Shown one piece after another: positions 47,260 through 55,000 of a stretch of 55,000 bases of DNA. A program made the translations under genes and the position numbers. The DNA is from Tubulanus polymorphus (taxonomy: Eukaryota; Animalia; Nemertea): positions 1-55,000 of the forward strand of contig NW_027437478.1 in NCBI RefSeq assembly GCF_964204645.1. The letters are read 5' to 3'. The notes beneath the pieces were generated by a model. The model was given only the letters and a program-made list of their open reading frames with translations. It searched no databases and was not told the origin of the DNA. Position 1 is the stretch's first letter. Each line of letters opens with the position of its first letter.

Positions 47260-50083
47260 GTTGTCTCTGGAAAACTGCAATCAGATCATAGAAATAGAGA
47301 GTGGTGTCCGGCAGTGTCAGAACTGGAGACTGGTCCCGGCTGTTTCAGAACTACAGATATTACCTGTATGATGTGTGTTGAGATTTAACGTGCTGTTGAA
47401 GTGACTGACGAATGTCTCATTTTGTCGATTGAATTCTGCGAGTTTTATACATATTTTGGGATGAATAATATTTGATCAGAAGTTGCTGAACGATTTCACA
47501 TTATATATCCCACTGAGTAGATTCAATTCCAACTATTTACAGGATAGATTCGATTATTTTTGCTTTGTTTAATCTGTCTGCCCCTGTTTTTCTACTGTAT
47601 ATTGCTGGGAATTTGAAGGACGATGGAGGTTTTACATTTTTCATCCTCACATGAATAAAATCTTGTAAAAGGCTTGTTTATGAACTGTATATTCAAATAT
47701 TAACCAAATTGCATCCGGTTCCACAGTTCCACAATTCCACAGTAAATCTAGTAATTGAAAATGAACTCATTTCAACTCTTGACTCAAGTAAAACCAAACT
47801 TAAGAACTTTGTTCAGGGCTGTGGAACTGGTTCCTAAGTAAGCAAGTCCTGAAGTGTGAAAAACTGTAGAATAAAATATAGGTCCAAAACACGGTGTATC
47901 TGGATCAACAACTGTAGAAGTAGGTCATGAAGTGTGGAACTTGGTACACAACTGTAAAAGTAGGTACAGAACAATGGAACTGCGTCGACAACTGAAGAAA
48001 GTAGGTCCAGAATTGTGGAACTTGCTCTACAACTGTAGAAACATGTCCAAAACTGTGGAACTGGATCCAAAACCGTAGAATGGGCCCAGTACGGAACTAG
48101 GTCGACAAGTAAGGAAGGTGCATTCCTGTGGAACTCGTTCCAAAAATTAGGTCTACACCAAGACTGTGGAACCGGGACAACTGTACTAAGAAAGTTTTCA
48201 GAACTTGGTCCAAAACTGTGGAAATGGATCCAAAACTGTGGAAATGGATCTAGTTTTATGGAACTTGGCCCAGGAGTATCGAACTGAAAACTGTGAAAAA
48301 CTGTGGGATTGGCTCTCTTGGAAAAGTTCGAAGTTTTGACATAAGAATCTATTCTATATCGTGTGTTTTCTGTATATGCAGTTGAAATTTACGCGATCTT
48401 GTTCAATTCAATTTGGGGAAAATCGGCGAAAAAACTAATTACGCCAAACGTTTTAACAGTCGTAAATATCAATAAAATCATTGATTGTATTGATCACGAG
48501 TTAGGTTCTATTCAAACCGACTATTGATTATTCGTAGATGATGGCTTTGATCAGATACCCTCCATAGGAATCATCCAAGTCATATGTAAAAGTTTCTGCG
48601 ACATTTTGATTTGCCCGAAAGAATCTGCATGATAAAAATTTTTAACTTGAGAAAATGTAAAGAATTTTTAACTGTATGACAGTCTAGGGGTACCGTCTGA
48701 CTACGCCGCGGACGGTGTTAAGACGAAATAATCTTCTGACGCTGAAATTTGAATTTACACAGTTCACAAAATAAAGAATAATAAAAATGAAAAAAAATGA
48801 TAATAACTTGTCCGTAACCCGAACAGACAGAGTATCATCAAACACACGACCATTCAAACTTATTGTATTGCAAGGCCGCACTTATTACACATGTTTTCGA
48901 TTATACTATGACCCCGATAGCTGGTGTAGAATTCGACCTTGTCCTGATTGCGCTCGATCAGTAAAAATAGTCTATATTTTCTGAATCACAAAATTTGTAT
49001 TTAAAAATGCGGAAAGGCGATTGTATAATGCAATTTTTCAAGGTGAAATGAAGTTGATTTTAAAGATTGCGGTTTATGTCGGGTTTGGTTGTGGTTTTTT
49101 TTAAACTTTTGTCCGATCGAAATGTTTTGCGACGTAGAAACTAAATAATTTTTTCCAGTTCCACATTGTGGACCTAATTCTATAGTTGCAGAGCTAATTC
49201 CTCAGTTCGGGTCATATATCTACAGTTATGGACCCAGTTCAAAATTTCTGGATCTACATCTACAGTTATGGACCCAGTCAAAACTTCTGGATCTAATTCT
49301 ACAGTTGTGGACCCAGTTCAAAACTTCTGGACCTACATTACAGTGTGTGGACCTTTTTACACAGTCCTGGTCCTACTTCTTGAATTGTGGACACAGTTCC
49401 AAACTTCTGGACCTATACTTATTCAGAAAGTTGTGAATCAAGATCTAAGTGTGCTGGGCATACTTCGGCAGCTTCGGACCCAGTTCAACACTTCTGGACT
49501 TGCTTATCTAGGGTCTAATTCCACAGTCCTGGACAAAGTTCGGTTGAATTTGATTCAAGGGTTAAAATGGATTCATTTTCGTCAAGTCGACTCTTCTGTG
49601 GAATTGTGGAACCGGGCGAAGTTTGGTTAATATTTGAATCTACAGTTCATATTAAGTCTTTTACAGGATTTTATTTCATTGTGTGGATGAAAAATGTACA
49701 ACCTCCATCGTACTTCAAATTTCCAGCAACGACTGTAAACAAATCACACAGATTGAACATGGCAAAAATAATCGAATCGATCCTGTAAATAGTTGGAATC
49801 AAATCTATAGTACAGTGAAGTGCTAATTCCGAGGCCGTTCAGCAACTTCTGTTTAAATATTATTCAGCCCAATGTATGTACAAAACTCGCAAGATTTAAT
49901 CGACAAAATGAAACATTCGTCGGTCGCTTCAACAGCACGTTAAATCTCAACACACATCATACAGGTAAGATCATTTACGCAAAATATCCATGTTCTGGCA
50001 AAGTCGGGAACCAGTCTCCTGTTCTGGCTTAGCCGGGAACCAGTCTCTATTTCAATGATTTGATTGCAGTTTTTGGAAACAAC

Positions 50084-50820
50084 ATGAAATTGATAAGTTT
50101 TTTGGTGATTTTTGTGGCGGTTTTCTGGGTTTCAACCGATGCCATATATGAAAGTACACGTAGCAAGGTAAATATATGTCCATGGTGAGGAAACGCCGTT
50201 TGTTAATCGTCGAAGCATTTCGTCAATAATGATCCAATAATCCATCGTAGCTTAACTTATGAACCTAAAGTCTACAAACCTCATTGGTCCTATGTGCAGT
50301 TGATATTCCTCATGGAAAGACGAATTAACAGAAATAACTATCGGTATCTGAAACAAATCTCTGAATATGGGTTGAAGTATCCCACCCCAAACGTTAGAAT
50401 GAAATAGTAGCTGTTGTTTTGGATCTATATTGTGGGTTTTTACGCAATTCAAGACTGGAAAAAGTCGCAATTATTTATAACCTCTTAGTATTCTTATAAT
50501 AGCGATTATCAGTGTTGTATTTGAAAGGTTCACCAAAGAAAAAGCATTTTCAATTGTGTTTGTTTGATTGGCAGGCATCATCTCGTCCTTTCGAGTGTTA
50601 CGACAAGGCCATATCGGGACCACTGAGCAAATTGAATTGCAAGTCTATCGTCAAACGCGATATCAAGCACCTACCAGGTCGACAAGGTGACTTTTCGCCG
50701 AGGGTCTTCAATTCTAGAAAGGGCAGCTCGCTGACTAATGATTTCGCAAGAAACAATGTGAAAGATCTAAGAAATAATTTTAGATCTTCGAGAACAGGCT
50801 TGAAACAAATGAGAAACTAG
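50084..50820 (+). CDS. Secreted-protein family copy 3: open 109-aa spliced ORF (50084-50167 + 50575-50820), unknown basic secreted protein
   Basis: MKLISFLVIFVAVFWVSTDA signal peptide; AAG|GTAAAT donor and GGCAG| acceptor in phase 0; stop AAC TAG at the same position in all three copies; upstream non-coding exon ending CATACAG|GTAAGA at 49964. Confidence 0.6.
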
Positions 50821-51810
50821 AAAACTAGAAAATGCCACGGAAATGATGGATAATTCGAGCAACATTCTATCATACTAGAAGATCTATGTTCTAATTCTAA
50901 TTCAGTTCTAGGTTTCGGGTTTCCTTGTTCTATACGATTCAAATTTGTGTCAATTATTTGTTTATAAATGCAAATAGATAATTCTAGTCGGCATAAAATG
51001 AATGTAGTGATGTATTGATTTCATTGACGGTTCGCAGTTTGCAGTGCCCCGGAAACCGGTGGGCAGATGAAACGAGTTCCCAGTTGTTCCAGACGGTGTC
51101 CAATGCACGGGAAAGGTTTTTTCAAGGGAAGCATTACGGGTAAGGGAGTTAGTGGGTCGATATCCTATACCAAAATTGACTAGACCAACCAATAAAAGTA
51201 AATGGGAGATTTTGAATGAAGCCTGAGGATAATTCCACCAAATCTATATCAATAATTAGCTGGCCAGACAAAGAACTGAATTTCCGTCACGAAGTATAGC
51301 TGTTTAATATTAACTTAGTTTAATTTCATTCTCTAAATTGCGAGGGATCCTGCCAATGATTACATACGTAAGTATTTGGACCAGGACGGCATTGAGAATC
51401 TTCAACTTTTGACAACACATGAGGACAGTTGATGGCTTAGTTCGGCATACTCAGATATTAAACCAGATCACCAAAGTGATACTGATGGGACTAGTTTCAT
51501 TGTACCTATCGTTTCGACTCTTAATCATCAGGCCTTTTCTGAATGTAATGAACTTTCTCCAAATATCCCTATCAGAGAAGGAAAAAGTTATCATCGGGAA
51601 AACTAGGCGTTCGCGCGATCACTATCGTTATTTGGGAGATGAAGGCATAGGTTGTACATTAATTTAGTTATTCATCGTGTCAGTTCATACTAAGAAGAAA
51701 GATACTCACAGGATAAAGAAATTGAAAGAAAAAACAAAAATGTTACATGATTACAAATGGACCAATACTATAATCACACAATCGATACAAAAAACATAAT
51801 GGGTTTGTTG

Positions 51811-54370
51811 TTACAAAAGAATGAGTTCCTTTTCTGAGTTGTAAGCAGCGCTGTTTGGACGACCGGTTTTAGGGATTAGATTCATCCAATAATCTCTACC
51901 GTGTCTGCAATAAATATAAGAGCATGATATATAAAGAGACGCTTCCGCGCAATATGGATACTGGTCAGGATTATCCGGCTATCGGTTTACTTTTGACGAT
52001 CATGTTCATATACACTCTGTCAATATCCAGCCGCGAATGGTAAATTATGATCTTTTCCGGGTGGTCTGAATCCTCGTTCCTCGGACAACTGTAATTATAA
52101 TGGGAATTATCATGCGAATGGATTTCCCAATGTGATTTGGATATCGAAATGCAATGCAACATTTCGTGTACAAACCTCTTCGGCCATTTCACGAATATGA
52201 TAACTCTCGAATCCGCAACATCCTCCGATGTACCTCACTCCAAGTTCATAAACTTTACGGGCATAGTCTCTACATTCCCAACGAGTAAGAATGCGTGGTT
52301 CCATCGCTGAAAATGAAAAGCATCTAAATATTACTTATTTCAATATCGAGACGATCCTATTGTTATTTCAGCTCACCTAACAAGTACTCGGGTAGTTGAG
52401 AATATCCTTCAACTAGATACTCAGTTTCAGGAGAAAGGAATCCGATTGGCTGCATCATCAGAAATGGAGATAAACCAGCTTCATTCAGGGCATCTTTCAT
52501 CAATTTCATCGTTTTCAGTTGCGGGTTATAATCAAACTGGCAATTTAAACCCACAATATCGGCCCCTGGGTGATTGAAAACAAACACCTACGATTATGAT
52601 TTAATAAACTTTGCACGACATTGAAACATGTTTGAAAAATAACACATATCAGGAGGGATGTAACCATTGAGTGAAGGAATGATATTACACCTCGTTTAGC
52701 CATTCTAACTGCACATTCTCCTGCACTGATTCTGTTGTGGGGGTCCTCTTTCCCAGTGTCCGGGTGACGTGTGTTGACCACCTGCGTTGTTTGCGTTTCA
52801 CCAGCGTAGTTCCATGGGGTTCTTCTCATAAATTAACTACAACTAGCTTCTTCTATCGATCCAGATCTTTATTCTTATACTCTCTTCTTACAATCTTCCT
52901 AGCACGTCCCCTCTAGTTCTAACCACTAGCTCAACCGACCCAGCTCTACCGACCAAGCTTTCGACCCCACTGCATTAAAACCCTCCCTTTTTATACTTAT
53001 TCTTCCTTCGCTCGTGACGTATATTTCCACACCGCTTGGCCTCATCGCCAGAGACGTCTTATTCTATTACTACAGTCCTACTGGCCATGTAAATCATTTC
53101 TACGTGTGTTATACGTCACGAGCGCTAAATTTATAACTCAACTTTCCAGAGCTCAAGGCTGCTGCTATAACAAGCTTTCCCACGTAGACACCCACGTCAC
53201 TCTCACCTATCTTCTATGCTTCTCTCTTATGTGTGACGTAAGTATTCACGTAGGTCGCCTGCTAACCGCAACTACTGCCTTGAACTCCGGCTTATTTCCC
53301 ACTGTCTAAATAGGTAATTTATTACTCCAATAATTCCATCCATACACCCAACTGGACCTATTCTCATCGTACACGCTATAGGTTTGTTGTATTTCTTCAT
53401 GACATCAATCGCCCATTCCATCTCTTCGATTGAACAGAAAAACTGGATTCGAAAAGTATATGTATACATTCTACAGTGTTATACAAAAGTTCGATTTGTT
53501 GATAGGGAAATTCCAATGTAAAATACCAATGAATACCATCTTTGTCTTGAATAGTAGAATTTTACCTCCGCTATAAAGAAATCGACATCCTTTTCTTTGA
53601 ACACTTGGCATTGCTTTTCGAATTCTGCTTGAACTGCTGCCTTCCCTTTTCCAGCTGTATATGTCGGTGTAGGCGACAAACCTCCGCAAACTAGTAGATT
53701 GTATAATGTGGCAACATTACGTGCAAGATCGCACGCCGCGTGGTTTATTTCAGAGGTCTAAGATGAATACATTATAGATATGTACATCATTACCAAAGAA
53801 CTAACCATTCAGTACAATTTGTGTCACTGAATAGTTGAATAAGAGTGAGATAGATAAAGACCACAACCTACGTTATAATTTTTGGCCGACTCACTACATT
53901 GAAGCATTCCATCTGTCGCGTGAAAGGTGAATGCTTGCATTACATCAGCTCCAGCTCGAGCAAATTCTTTGTGTAAACCACTGACTGAAAAATGGCAAAT
54001 TAATGATTTTTCTTTTATCGGCTAATCCCCGTTTTGACTTGAAGATAACCCAACGGTTATTTTAAAGGACTTTTTTTCTGGCAGATGCCTCGTAGTTCGT
54101 CATTGTTTAGATTCAAAATGATGCCCACGAAACTATAGATTTTGTTGCAGGCAGGAAGGTGTGCTAAAATTGATCGGGTAAAGTTGGGCTGTGAATAGAA
54201 TAAGTCACAAACATGTAAAACCTACCGGCGTCAGGATGTTCTAGAACGCATTCAGGAGTATACAGCCCAGCAGTCACATATCCTCTTTTTTCGAATGTAT
54301 TCATGTAACAACCGTCGCCAATGATTATGCGTTTTGCTAATATCTCCAGTATATTCGGTTTAGCTGCCAT
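51811..54370 (-). pseudogene. BHMT: Betaine--homocysteine S-methyltransferase-like gene (8 coding exons), disrupted
   Basis: [91 protein letters not shown]. Exon 4 is split by a solo LTR; in-frame TGA at 52020-52022. Confidence 0.9.
52733..53332 (-). mobile_element. 600-bp solo LTR (Gypsy-type 4-bp TSD) inserted in BHMT exon 4
   Basis: ATTC TSD at 52729-52732 and 53333-53336; ends TGTTG...CAATA; minus-strand TATAAAA (~52988-52994) upstream of AATAAA (52868-52873); removal restores GCMDGI-SAGECAVR. Confidence 0.85.
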
Positions 54371-55000
54371 ATCTAGTATTTTGCAAATAAGGCCACCTTG
54401 AATCGTTTAACGTTTGACAAAGATTTCCAAACTGGTCTATGAATTTTACAGAAAACACATTCTACTATTAGGTCAACCATCGTTGTCCCATTTGATGGTT
54501 ATAGAAATTGATTGCCTTGATATACATGTCACGCGTATATTCTGTTGTTGTTGTATGAGGTTCCGTCTAGGCAACTTGAATGAGAGTTTTCATGTATATC
54601 AAATCATTAACTGGACCGTTGCCATTGGGAAATAGATTTCCCCCAAAAGTTGCACCTGTTCACGGTGACGAATATCCGCGATATCATAAGCTGAGATCCT
54701 GCCCTTTCTGATGATATCGACGAACACTATCAAGTCCATTCAATTTGCTTGATCATGTACAGTGGTTTATTAAGGTTTTTATTGGTTCATACGAAATTCC
54801 TGGATGCTGCGGGGACCTGCTGTTTGAGGGATGATTTCTCAAGGATTCTAGATTTTGGCAATTTGGTCGGAAGCCTTCATGAGTTGATAATTATATAATG
54901 TGGTTTTGTACGATATAAATTAGTTGCATCATATCTATAGAACTAATTACTGGATGTAATTAATCTATACCGCTGTTAATTCGTCGCTGATTTTAATATG

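Noticed and set aside
47834-49630. ORFs 47834-48070 and 49268-49630
   Set aside because: Translations of the degenerate 20/40-bp satellite.
52020-52022. Selenocysteine TGA in BHMT
   Set aside because: The position is not a conserved Cys, no SECIS was recognised, and the gene is independently disrupted by an LTR.

Overview
Eukaryotic (invertebrate-type metazoan) genomic DNA, AT-rich, with spliceosomal introns. (1) ~1.35-35.6 kb, + strand: a large multi-exon polycystin-1-like (PKD1L/REJ family) gene whose 5' end lies upstream of the window. It has PKD/Ig-like repeats, REJ, GAIN/GPS, PLAT and a TRPP-like channel region. (2) One of its introns, originally ~100 bp, holds a nested insertion. The outer part is a ~1.8-kb foldback/MITE with ~580-bp TIRs. 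Inside it is a 7,313-bp, extremely AT-rich element (25246-32558) with Polinton/Maverick-type termini (5'-AG...CT-3', perfect 6-bp TSD TACTTA). This element has >2-kb inverted arms, each with an identical intronless 190-aa Zn-finger ORF and a 24-bp minisatellite array. It also has two small central ORFs, but no polymerase, integrase or capsid. This is the most unusual object in the window. (3) ~38.1-39.1 kb: a Ly6/uPAR (three-finger) GPI-anchored protein gene with a duplicated, stop-containing exon 2. (4) 41.3-51.1 kb: three diverged copies of a small gene for an unrecognised ~109-aa secreted basic protein, one with an open spliced ORF. They are interleaved with a truncated LINE, a Penelope-type hammerhead palindrome and degenerate satellites. 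(5) 51.8-54.4 kb, - strand: a betaine-homocysteine S-methyltransferase-like gene disrupted by a 600-bp solo LTR inside an exon and by a premature TGA. All calls come from manual reading; no database searches were run.
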